The notes beneath the pieces were generated by a model, which was not told where the DNA came from, did no database searches, and saw nothing but the letters and a program-made list of their open reading frames with translations. A stretch of 63,628 bases of DNA, filler included, from Reclinomonas americana ATCC 50394 (taxonomy: Eukaryota): NCBI GenBank assembly GCA_048213135.1. It is 16 parts of 16 records of this genome, joined end to end, with 100 filler letters (N's around TTAATTAATTAA, not from the genome) between each part and the next. Parts side by side here need not be neighbours in the genome. Positions count along the whole stretch, not along the records: positions 12,308 to 19,919 come from AFZH01021826.1; positions 20,020 to 24,565 come from AFZH01021827.1; positions 24,666 to 28,623 come from AFZH01021828.1; 13 more parts are not named here. One strand, 5' to 3'. Below are positions 13,566 to 25,455 of the stretch, one piece after another. A program made the translations under genes and the position numbers. The first letter of the stretch is position 1; each line of letters begins with the position of its first letter.

Positions 13566-16500
13566 TTACATTCTATCGGACACAAAACTGCTCGGATCAT
13601 GGCACTCGACACACACTCGCAGTGCCCGAGCCGGTCCGAGGCCCCAGGCAAAGTGCGGACAGCGCTGCCGATGTGGCGTACATGCGCCACACATGACTCG
13701 ACCGCAACACCGGCAATGATGCTGGAGGAAAAACACGATGAGACAAGTGCCGCATGGAGTTTTTCCGATTTCTTCTCAGCGTTTTGCGTACCCGGCGAGT
13801 GAATGCGGTGAAGTTGCGGCGACATCTGGCACACTCGGAGCGTGTCGAGTCTGGTTCCCAGTGTGGTGCAGGGCCGTCGCCTCGCAGTGGCGGCTTTCTG
13901 GCGAAGAACTGTCCAATGGCGTTTGCCGCGACCTCCAATTGTGCATGCTGTGCGGCACGTGCCGCCGACAGTGCCTTCCACGCCCAGCAGGTGCCCCGCG
14001 CTCGAGCGAAGATGGAAATGTGTGCACGCACTGCAAGCAAGAACAATGTCAGGCACCACGGATGCAGGAGGAGTGAAGAGGAGGAGCATGACTGCACCGG
14101 TGCGTGGTCGTGCGCGCGTGAACAGCACGCCGAGCGCCTGCAGCACGGAGCACAAGTGCGGCAGGTCAGCCGCTGGCACCGGTTCAGTTTCCAGTGCAAA
14201 ACCCAGAATCGTATTCAGGCTGACTGCCACACCGGCATCCAGCAGACGATCGGCAGCGTTGGCAGCCAACTCGGGCGACGCTGCATCACACACATGCACG
14301 CAGGTGAGTCACCGCCGCACTACCAGCATCCGGAGGGCGACTCCCCCAAGTGTACCTGAACGAATCACTTCGTGCACAAGCGCCGCAGCATGGCGGACGT
14401 GTCGCCACTCCAGGCGATCGGCGCCGTACTGCAACAGGTCGGTCACGAGCACCAGTCCACCGAAATCCACAAAGGCCGCACAGTTCGCGACATTGTCTGT
14501 GTGACTGCGGTGAGAGACGATGCACCAAAGTCAAGCAAAGATGACGGCACGGAACCAAGCAGCGCCACACACAGTCCGGCAGAGAAGACGTCGATCTTGG
14601 CTGCGGCCACCTTGGCTGCACGTCGCTGATTCTGGCACATGATAATGACGGCCTGCATCAGGCCACTGGCCATGAACATCTCCTGACTGCGCTCGTCGAC
14701 TGCGGTGCGACGCACAGTGAACATCACGCAGTTCATGCGAGGGCGCACAATTCAACGCAACTGTCTTTGCTGGTCACCGGCGTGATATCGGCGTCGTGTA
14801 TCCACCGCGTCACCATGGCGCAATCGCGCAACCACTGCCCGAGTCGTGTGGTCACCGCAAACTCAGCGTTTGCTGTGCTCATCAACTCGTTGTCGTCGAG
14901 GAAGCGGAGGAGATCACGAACAACGTCGTAGCCACCGTCGTTTACAAACACTCGTCGCAGTGGTGGCTCCCCTGCACAGTGATGTTTGTCAGTGCGACTT
15001 TATGCCATGTTTTCGCGACGATTGACGACGACGACGCAACAGGCAGTGAGCGTGTACAGCAAGTCCACCGCATACTGCATGCTTTCGTCCAGTGGCACAA
15101 ATGACTGCGGATGCGCGCACAGGGCGCGGTCCGCCACCGTACTCGGCGTCAAACGGGTGTGTGCGTGCTTGCCGGTCCCGAACGTGGCACGAACAAGCTC
15201 CAGCGCGCCATAGTTGGCCAGCATCAGTGCATGAGCACGAGCCGTCTCTGCAGTGTGGGCGATGAGACAAAGGAATGATGTAACGATTGGCGGCCGACGG
15301 CACGACTCACCGATGGTGGTCATGGAAAACTCGCGACACACCCAACACAAAAGGTGAATGAGGTGTGCCACACCGGCCAGCTCGTTGGAATTGGTCGGCT
15401 GCGACTTGGTCGCGTGATGCCACAGGTGGAGCACTCGATGGATGATACCAGAGAGCAGGCGATGCTCGGTGACAAACGATGAGACCAGCAGACGCGAGAA
15501 CGATGCTGCATCGGCGTCGCCCACTCGGTCCATGTCGTCGGTGGCCGCAGCCTCGGTACGAGACGCACCAGCAGCAACTGCGAAGAAAATAATACATGTC
15601 AGTGAGAGGCAGCGACCAGCTGCACCTCAGCGCGACCGCTCACCGCAGCACGTGATGCGCAAGCCCATCAGCGGCCAGATAAAGGTTCGCCACATTTCCG
15701 GGTGCACCGTGTCACAATCAACGTCTCCGTCGTCGCCGTCATCGTGGTGGAGGTGATGATCGTCACCGTCGACAGCGGCAGTGAGCAGCGGCGCCACTGA
15801 TGAAAGCAGAAGCGGAGCGAAACGGCGTACACTGTCGACAATGCGGCCGTACAGGTGCGGTTGGTGTGCCACGTTTTGTGCTGGCCACCAAAAGAACATT
15901 GAGCGCGCAAGCACGTGCATCCGCACAGCAGTGCAACAAACCTGCACAACACAGGCCAATCCACGTGTGCATGGCCCACCCGGCCACGTCCATGACAGAA
16001 TCACTGCCGTGCGGCACGGGATTGGGGACGCCAGCGGCGGTGGCCAGCGTTTCGAATAGCAGGTCCCATTCCGGTGGCGACACCATGAGTGCATGTTCTG
16101 CAACCCAGGTGTCAGCGACTGACAAACATGAGGATTAAGGAGAGGGAGACACACCAGTGGCGATGCGCCGACGCAAGAGGCTTGTCATCAGCCACGGCAA
16201 GTGGCCCATGCGCGACACTGGTCGCTCGAATGTGTACACCAGAGCGCGAATGAGTTCCGAGTATGGTTGGGTGCCGAGGCTCATGATGGACTGCTCGAGA
16301 ACATCCTCGGGGTTCACTGCGTTGTTGCGATGTTGAGCACAAAAAAAGACAGTGCATTGTGCAGTGTGAGAGAGGACGAGAGACGCACCCACGGGAAGAG
16401 ATACTGCCGACAGAGCAGTGATCACTTGCTCGATTCGGTCGTAGTCGGCCGAACGCACCGCAGCCTTGAGTTCCAACAGGCCGGCACCGTACGAGGGGAA

Positions 16501-19318
16501 CGAGTAATCTGCGCACAGTATGACACCTCAGTTGACGACAGTAGTCACGGAGAATCACCGCACGGAGACCGACCTTGTGCGGAACTTGCAGCAGGAGGCG
16601 CATCGGTGACCTCCTCTGGCTCCACATAGTCTGGCAGGCGGCGCAGGCCCACCGGCCCACCCAGCTGTTGATGTTCGTTTTCCACAGGTCAGTTTCGTCA
16701 GGCGCATGGCGAATGTACGAATGACGCAACTCGCTCCTCCAGTAGTGTATCCACTGAACGCAACACGGACGCCATGGGAGGCCGCAGTCGTGCATCGTGT
16801 TGCCAACATGCTTCGATTATGGCCCGCACCTCACTGCCACCACAACAATGTGGTAAGCAATGAAGTCAATACCCCAGCGCAAGAATCATACAACGCACGG
16901 GCTGCAGTCAGCGGGGATGGCCGGTCGATCTCCTCGTCGCACAGCTGCAATCACTACTTCGGGGTCCCGACAGCCAACAAAGGGAACCTGCGTTGGAGGG
17001 ACGGGGTGAGTGAATGCAAATGTCGATGGTGAGCGGTAGGCGTCTCTAGAGCTCACCTTGCCAGTAATCATTTCCAGTAGAATCATTCCTACAGTGTCGG
17101 TGAGCAAAAATGTCTGACAGTGCCGACACACTCCGCAATCACACACCAAATGCGTAAACGTCAGCGGCGGCTGTCAACTCTGGTGTGGCCTCCAGCAACT
17201 CAGGGGCCAACCATAGCACGTCACCGGCGATCAGGGTGCTCGCAGTGGAGTACGACGAAGAAGTAAACGAGCGAGACCAGCTGGCTGCCTCACTGTGTGC
17301 GCGCGCGAGCATGGGATCAACAAGTGAGCACTCCATGAATGAGGCACGTGGAACCAACCTCTTTGGTATCGGCATCCCGTAATCAAAGAGCCTACCGAAG
17401 CACAGTGGTGAGCGCGACGACGGAGGACAGGCGCACACGCAACGAAGCAATCAGTACGCCACTTGAGTTGTCGATTGTCGGCGACAAGGATGGTTTTCGA
17501 TGACAGCGAACCGTGAATCACACGATGACTGTGCAGGAAGGCCAGGCCGCATGCCACATCTGCCAGCGCGCGAGTCAGCAGTCACAGTTATCACTAAACG
17601 ATCGCAGATTGCGGCGTCAATGTACACTGTCGACGCACCTCGTGCCAAGGCCAGAGTTTCACTCTCCGTGAGGCCACCCTCACTCGAATGGAGGAGGCTG
17701 AACAGTGTCTGTGGACGACCACACATCGATGAGTGAACAACTGAGCTGCGTACATGCATGCATGCACACGTACCCCGTCGGGCAGCATCTCCAGCACTGT
17801 GCACGCGTGCGCGGCCTCGTCGCACACAGCATAGCAGGGTGCCAGATTCGGGTGAGTGAGAGCCGACAGTCGACGAGCTTCGTCGTACAAGTGCCTGTGA
17901 AACGCAAGCTTTGAGTCAACCGTGCACCGCCAGCAGCAACAAATGGAATGCACGCACCCCGCAGCCAGCTCTGTCAGTGTGCCAAATCGTCGAAGTGCCA
18001 CCGGAAAGCCACTGCAGGTGCCAGCCAGCAGCTCCGGCACAAAGAGGTCTACTGGCGCCGCACTCTCGACTTCCGAGTTGCGTACGTACCGGAAGTGGGG
18101 GAGCGAGGTTTCTACGCGGACGCCAGTGAGCGCGACAATCAGCAGAGAGTTCGCGATCTGCTGCGCGAGCGCACCTCGATCGAGTGCGCCAAGGAGCTGC
18201 ACGGTGGCGTGCATCACGGCATCCCCTGTCGCAGTCTCCTGTGACTCCACGAGCTCTTCGATGCGCGCCACGGCCGTCTCCAGCTGCCAATGGCGGAACG
18301 TGTGAGTCTGCGACACACTGGTGACAGTACACGAATGAGGTGTATACCTCGGCCGTGAAGGTGGCCAGCTTGAGCGCAGCTGCACGATTCAGGTACACAG
18401 TGGCCAGTGCGCGTAGCACCAACTCCAGATTGCAGCTCGCCTCCTCATAGCCGATTCCAAAGCGAGCGCGGAGCATTCGCACTCGCACCTCGAGTGCCAC
18501 CACGTGATCTACACGCAGAGAATAAGAACGCAACGACCCCCCATTCGCCTGACAAGTCGACCGCCACGCACCCAGATACGGCTGCTCCAGCAGCACAGCA
18601 GTGGTCTCGAGTTGCGCCTGCATCTCGGACGCCGAGGCCACGCCACACGCCTCCATCATGACCTGCACATGCTCCGCATCGTGCGACACCTCCGACGCCA
18701 GCTGCTTCAGCACCAACGCCAATGCCGCCCGATCGGTCGCTGTCTCATCACACACAGACAGATGAGCCCGCAGCGCAAACCAAAGACACCACACACGCAC
18801 ACACGAGAGAGACAAGTGCCTCAACTCTCGTCCCGCACGTCGCGCTCCCACCGAAACTCGCTCCGCAAGCACAATCCCAGTCGCTCCTGACACGCCTCCA
18901 GCTGCGCCGAGACCGTCGCCACATCACAGTGCCCCAGAGTCGCTGCCAGCTGACCTCTCCGTCGCAGCAGCCGTCGCAGCCACACCCACGATGCACTCAC
19001 CAGTGGCGATGCAGCGCCATGATGCTCCAAGATCATCTCAATGTGTCGCACGCACTCGCCAACGCGATCCACCACGCCCAGCAACGGTACATCCAGCAAG
19101 CCACGCTCCTCCAGATCTATGCGGCGAGGATCAGAGACAAAGACAGCGAAAGAGCATGACAGGGACACAAGCGACAAACCTTGCACTGATTCAATGATCA
19201 GCACCGCTCTCTCGACCAAGTGGCGGCATTTGGCTCCATGCGCGCGCACCGACTTGACTTGCGTGTTCAACCGCTCGACGCTGTGCGTCAGTCGACGCAC
19301 TCGGTCGTCGCTGCTCAT
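13566..19318 (-). CDS. MLKL-like N-terminal helical domain + TKL-type pseudokinase + ARM-like repeats + FYVE finger
   Basis: Hand-spliced in one frame from ATG 19318 to TAA 13566. N-term VKSVRAHGAKCRHLVERAVLIIESVQ. Kinase fold VALRRF...HPNL...GLAFLHSHRVIHGSLSSKTILV...KLFDYG...WLAPE...DVYAFG...CWQHDARLRP. FYVE WEPD..CARC...RRHHCRCCGRVMCGAC...RVCVEC. Confidence 0.8.
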
Positions 19319-19374
19319 CCGACACCACAAACAAGAAACGGTCCTGCGCGTCCGGCAATCTCACTCGTCACACA

Positions 19375-19830
19375 ATGTTGCGCAGCGCATTGACTCTCCG
19401 CAGCAGCACTGCTGCCACCAGTGTGCGCGGCTTCTCCGCCGTCGCCGCTGCCGCTGCCAACAACAAGGCAGCAGCAGCGTCGAGCGAGCTGGCCATCAAC
19501 TTGGAGGTGCGTGTGTGTCTGTGTGACACAGACGGGCATGTGATGGCCGCCTCTCTCTCTCTCCCACACACAAACACGCACACGCAAACACACACATGTG
19601 GTATTCTCCACTGCCTTTCTCCATGCGCCTCTCCTTGTCGCCAGTGTGCGAGAACATTGTGTGTTTTTTTCGACTGCATCACTCACTCTCTCACACAGGG
19701 CAAGTTCAAGCTGCATGTGCCCGAGAACTTCCCGTTCCCGTTCGCTGGACCCAAGACGTCGACGACGACCACCAAGGAGGAGTCGCTGGCACTGTTGCGA
19801 CTGATGCTGGTGGTGCGCCGTGTCGAAATG
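19375..19830 (+). CDS. PDHA: Mitochondrial pyruvate dehydrogenase E1 alpha subunit, first two exons (rest in gap)
   Basis: Mitochondrial presequence MLRSALTLRSSTAATSVRGFS, then GKFKLH...GPKTSTTTTKEESLALLRLMLVVRRVEM, the typical E1-alpha N-terminus. Confidence 0.8.
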
Positions 19831-20840
19831 GTGCGTGAGCAGATCCCCTCGTTCCCTCGACATTGACACTGGTGCATTGTTGAGGAGTCGACTGATTCGC
19901 CCTCTTGTGTGTGTGTGAGNNNNNNNNNNNNNNNNNNNNNNNNNNNNNNNNNNNNNNNNNNNNTTAATTAATTAANNNNNNNNNNNNNNNNNNNNNNNNN
20001 NNNNNNNNNNNNNNNNNNNACCGCCATCGGAAAAATCAATCAGCAACACGACAAGTCGGGCGGGAAGAGGAGAGTGAGAGATACACGGAGAGAAGGGTGC
20101 GAGAGAGGCACGCGTGCGCATGATTGGAATAGAGAGAGAGACGGCAGAGATGGGCAAAAAAGAGGCATGATACCATCGCCACAAGCACGCGTTGTCAACG
20201 GCATGCCACCTGATTCGCATAATAGCCAAATCATTGCCAACTACATAAACGCAAGACGGGCAGATGCCAACAGACACAAGACGCTCACAGACATAAACAA
20301 AGAAAGAGAGAGAGGCAGTGGGCGCCGCGAAAGAAGAGAGAATGATGAGTGAAGGAACAACAAGAGACAGAACAAGCAGAAATCAGAGGCACGTGCCCGA
20401 TTGCCCGAAAACATGAAAAGGAAAGACGACAAAGAGCAGCAAGCAGGAAGGTGCAAGACTCACCCGAGTTGTCATGTTGATGTTGTTGTTGTTGTCGAGA
20501 CCTGTGCTTGATTGCGGAAGAGAAGGGGGGAAGAGATGGCACGCGTTGCGCCGAGGTTTGGTGAGCACCAACTGTGTGTGCAGCGTGCCAGTGAGAAACA
20601 CCGCGAGAGAGAGAGGCAAGCAGGCAAGACGACAAGAAGAGAAGAAGAAGAAGAGTGGCACGCACCTGGAAGGGAAAGGAAGAAAGAGGTTAGAAAGCAA
20701 GTTGCCTTTGCTCGAGCGCAGGTTGAAAAAGTCGCGATGAAATGAACGGCCGTTTCGGTGCGTGCTTGTCGCCTCTCTCTCCATTGCCGCCCTTTACCCT
20801 CGTGCCACCAAGCCAACGTTACTTCCGCCACTTCAATCAG

Positions 20841-23568
20841 ATGAGTGCTGCGGATGCAGGCCTCGAGGCGTTCCTCACGCAGCTGATGGAGGTGCGATGC
20901 GGGTGAGGGAGACAACAGGAAGAGTGTGCTCATGTGTGGGAGAGTGCAGCGTGTGCAAGGCAGTGGCGAAGACGCAGAACGTGTGTTGCGTGAGGCTGCT
21001 GCGGCGTTGGATGAGGGTGCGGTGGCAGTGGCACCACTGGGAGACGGTGGCAGTTCGCCCACATCGTTGCGCACAGGTCACAGTCTCATCTTCTTCCGAC
21101 ATTGTTCACTGTGTGTGTGTGCGCGTTGTAGTGAACGCTTTGAGACCATTCTGCACTCGTTTGGTGTGCTGGTGCCGGTGTCGGAGAAGCTGGGCGACTT
21201 GTCGACCTTGTTTGATGATGAGGCGCGATGTCTGTGGGTATGCCTCTCTCTCTCTCTCTGTCTGCCTTGCCACGAGTTGGGTTTCTCGTGCTGAGTTGCT
21301 CGCAGTTTGTGCAGATCTTGCTGGCGCACCGACGCACCGCGATGAGCGGGGAGACTGATCACGTGCGAGTGTTTCGATCCGCGGTGGATGTTGCGTTGAC
21401 TTGCTCTTTGTCGCTCCTCCGGCTGGCTCACTCGTACGAGGCAGGAGTACTTGCCGCGACTGTTGGTGAACTGGGAGCAGCGCAACATCAACCCGCGTCC
21501 GCAGTTCTCGTACTGGCTGCAGGTGCTGCTGGGTCTCGTGTACGAACAGCAGTGTGGCGAGGGCGAGTCTGGATCGGCACCGCTGTCGGCGCTGATGGTG
21601 TGCATGTTGGTGCGGGAACGAGCACGTGTCATTCATTGCTCCCGTGCCGTCCCCCTCATCGTTTGCGCGCACACATTCGTAACAAAAGGCACTGGTAGAG
21701 GGAGCTCAGCATTTGGCGCACACGGCGATGCGAATGACTGGCCGCGTGCCGTTTGTTGTGGTGGAGGTGGTGCCGAAGGTGCTGCAGAGCACCGTCACGC
21801 ACATGGCGCAGCATGTGTTGGAGCCCGGATGGGAGGGTGCGGCTGGTGCTTCAGTCTTCCGACCTGCGCGCACTTCGTGCTGATGATAAGAATGCACAGT
21901 GGAACTGGACTACGCCCTCATGAGATTACCGTACCGGTCCTGTGTGCAACACGCGGCGAGTCGCGACTCGTTCCGCCAGTTGCGTACCTTGTGCACGCGT
22001 GTGCATGTCCCTCGCTTCTGCCGACCATGTGCGTCGACAGCATGCTGCAGGACAGCACGCTCTTCTTCAACTGCTTGAGCATTCTGGTGGCTCTTCTCAC
22101 GCACGGCATCACCGACGCCGGTGCGTGTACACGCAGCTGCCTCTCCTGCGCTGCTGTTGGGGGTGACTGATGGTGGCAAGCAGAGTTTCAATCCAGAGCA
22201 TTGGCGTCTGTCACGCGAGTCCTCGGCGACCGATTCAGAGAGGAGACGGATGCGGCGGCGGCCTGGCCACTCTCACAAGCAGATATCCTTCTTGTGCATA
22301 TGTGATACACCGCCGTCTACGTGTCCGCTCTTTTCGTCCTTGACGGCACGTGATGCACTGCGTCTTCTCGGTATGGTGTGCACAGTGGTGGCTCAACAGC
22401 CGTTGCGTGTTGCCGCTGCCGCCGGTGGTGATGAAGGTGTGTGAATTCAGTCGGCAGTGTGTCTTCTGCGATAAATGGTGACGTAGTCTCTCTCTCTCTA
22501 TCAACGACAGTGTTTGAGTTGGAGGCCATGCTGTTGGAGCACTCGGCGGCGATGGTGCACATTGTCAGCGAGCGGGTGGACACCAACATGACCAGTTTTA
22601 TGTTCTCGGATCTCGACAAGGTGAGAGGCACGTGCTCGCTCCTCCGCAGTCGTCACCGCGCGCACTGAACGCGCACGACTGCAGCAAGACTGGGACAGTT
22701 ACCACGCGCTGCTAAAGACCTCACGGTGCACGCGCGGTCTGTCGTTGTGGATGGTGCTGGTCACACGTTTCCGTCACGAGTTGAGTCAGGTGCCAGTGCC
22801 GACACGTCGTGTTGTTCTCGACGCCCTGCTGTGGCCGTCGTTTCAGGTGAGAGCGTTGGTGAGGAGTGTCGACTCTGCTGCATTCCAGCTGACTCTCCGT
22901 CGGAGCACAGTCCGTGTGCCGCCGCTACCTGAGCTTCTTTCCCTCGCGCGGTCGTCACTCGCAGTGGACGCTCGATGTGGCGCATTTGGTGTCGTTCGTC
23001 AATCGGCTGCCGGCCGACGAGGTCTCACACAGTGTAGCCACGGAAGTTGCGCCGGCTGGTTGATGGGGTGGAAGAGCGCAGAGTGCGTTTCTCCTTCTGA
23101 CGTCACGATGGGTGTGTTTGTGTGCAGTGGTTAGAAGCACTAGCCACCCGCACGTCGCTTCTGGGTGCGCCGATATTACAGCTGTCGACACTGATGGACG
23201 TGGAGGCATCGTCGTCGTCGTCGTCGTCGCCGGCGGCGGGCAGCAATGCACCGCGGGTGACTGAATTCACACTTCCGGTTGCGTTTCCGTGATTCTCTAC
23301 CTGCTGTTGCTGCCGTGGCTGATTGCAGTGAGTGCTGCAGACCATGCCTGCATCGCCGACACCACAGCAAGCCGCGCAGACTCACGCGGGCGCTATTGAA
23401 GCCTGGCAAGCGCTGTGCCTGTCTCCAGCTGCATGCCAGCACGCCTTCTCCGTGAGCAGCACACCCAGTAGCATCGTCTGGCGTCGTCCGGAGTGGAAGC
23501 CGGTGGTGGAGCCGCCATTAACAGAGGAGGAGGCGGCGGTGGTGGCGCAGCTTCAACAGTACACCTGA
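20841..23568 (+). CDS. Multi-exon, largely alpha-helical hypothetical protein containing a U12 intron
   Basis: Exon chain MSAADAGLEAFLTQLME...ERFETILHSF...FSYWLQVLLGLVYE...LFFNCLSILVALLTHG...VFELEAMLLEH...AVVAQLQQYT*. Family not recognised. Confidence 0.6.
22283..22358 (+). other. U12-type (minor spliceosome) AT-AC intron
   Basis: 5' site ATATCCTT (22283-22290), branch site TCCTTGAC (22337-22344), 3' CAC ending 22358 (alternative AC at 22349). Removal restores the frame and skips an in-frame TGA. Confidence 0.85.
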
Positions 23569-23790
23569 CAGTGACCATGATGTGCAGGCAAACAAAGTGA
23601 GTGCGACGGTGATTTCACTCATCGCTGACACGTTTGTAGGTCAAGCGCACGTCGGTGTGACGACCACACGCGCACAAAGATCACCAGTCGACAAATATCG
23701 AGAATTTGTTTGTCCTTGGACAATGACACGTCATCGCTGTGATTGTGCGTTGTGTGTGTGGGGCAACGATTGTTTGTGTGTGGGGCAGCA

Positions 23791-25050
23791 ATGGATGTGA
23801 TCGGCGTCAAGTATGAAGGCAGCATCGTCAATGGCCGGTCTGTGTTACGCACGTTCACATACTGCACATCACAGAAAGACTCACGCGATCACGCAGAATG
23901 GAGGGCCATGGCAAGTTCACACTCGCAGATGGGCGAGTGTACGAGGGTGGATTCAAGGATGGCATGTTACGTGTCTTCTCTCTTCTCCTCTGCCTCACAC
24001 ATACACACACACACACTCTTCCTCTGCCTTCTCTCTCACTCTCTCTTCTCCTTTTTCTCCCACTGACACCACCCACTCAGGTTCCACGGCAAGGGCACGC
24101 TGACGTTTCCCGACGGAGCGCGATACGAGGCCGAGTGGGATGAGAGCAAGGAAGTGCGTGGACGCTTCTTCTTTGGCGATGGACTCGAGTATGGCGAGTT
24201 CCCCAACCAGCACGGACGTGTTTTGGATGTGTCGTCGTGGGGCTACAGCACCAAGGTGGATCGGCGATTCTACACGGAGATCCTGGGCAAGATCTACCCC
24301 GCTGGTGAGTGTGTGAGGGGGAGGGAGGGAAGGAGGAGAGAGGAGGGAGGGAGGAGAGTAAGAGAGAGGCAGTGACTGGAGGAAGATGAGTGGCACTTGA
24401 AGCAGGAGAGACACTGAGAGAGGATGAGAATTGCGTTGTCGTGGGAACTCGACTTGTCAGCTGGACTTGTTTTTGTCGTGTGAAAGGGAGAAGCGGAGAG
24501 AGGAAGGGGGAGGCAGTGACTGGAGGCAGCTAAGAGCCATGCGTTGTCGCGGAAGCTCATGCACTNNNNNNNNNNNNNNNNNNNNNNNNNNNNNNNNNNN
24601 NNNNNNNNNTTAATTAATTAANNNNNNNNNNNNNNNNNNNNNNNNNNNNNNNNNNNNNNNNNNNNGGTGACTGGAGGCTGCTAAGAGCCGTGCATTGTCG
24701 TGGGAACTCGACGTGTCAGCTAGACTGCGTCGTGTTTAAGGGAGAACCGGAGAGAGGAGGAGAGAAGAGGGGAGACAGTGACCGCAGGCAGGAGAGAACA
24801 GTTCGCTGTCGCGGAAGCTCGACAAGTCGTCGTGCGACACAGTGATTGGAAGCAGGTGGCAGAGACGGGAGTCTCAGAGCAGTTGACTGAGACTTGTGGT
24901 AGAAGAGAACAAATGCGCTGTCGTGGAAGTACGACAAGTCAGTTCGCGGCTTACTCTGTCTTGGAAGTCACGACATCATGCAGACACTCTCCACCTGCTC
25001 ACTGCGAACATGCATCTCTTGCTCGTTTGCTCTCTCTGTCTCATTCCTTC

Positions 25051-25085
<35 letters not shown>

Positions 25086-25389
25086 CTCATGCCTCCACTG
25101 TCCTGCCCTCTCCCTCTCTGTGAACTGCTCATTTTGTCTCTCTTCCGCCCTCTCTCCCTTCTCCCTCTCCTCTCCCTCTCTTCTCATCACCCATCCTCCT
25201 CCTGCAGGCGACACCCAACTGACCGACAAGAAGACGAATCCATTGCCGGTCGGCTGCTTCGATGTGGGTGAGGGATACTTGAATCCGGAGGAGCGCAAGG
25301 TGTACACGTATGCAGGGAAACCACTGAGGGAGGCCACACTCGACGAGTTGCGGTGGGCCATGAAGATGTGCCGCGTGGGCAGGGGTTAA
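23791..25389 (+). CDS. MORN5: MORN repeat-containing protein 5
   Basis: [51 protein letters not shown]...DRRFYTEILGKIYPAG...FDVGEGYLNP...WAMKMCRVG*. It follows MORN5 throughout, including DRRFYTEI. Confidence 0.92.
24370..24970. repeat. Degenerate ~100-nt tandem repeats in the last MORN5 intron
   Basis: Recurring units of the form gcagtgactggagg...gcgttgtcgtgggaactcgac. Confidence 0.75.
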
Positions 25390-25455
25390 TCGGGCAAAAA
25401 CAGCCAACCAAGGGTACTTATAAACGTGTATAGCACATGGCACACTTCACTGGTT

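Noticed and set aside
20210..20476. Possible minus-strand gene start (ATG ACA ACT CGG|gtgagt and a short downstream exon)
   Set aside because: Too little coding sequence before the gap to support a call.
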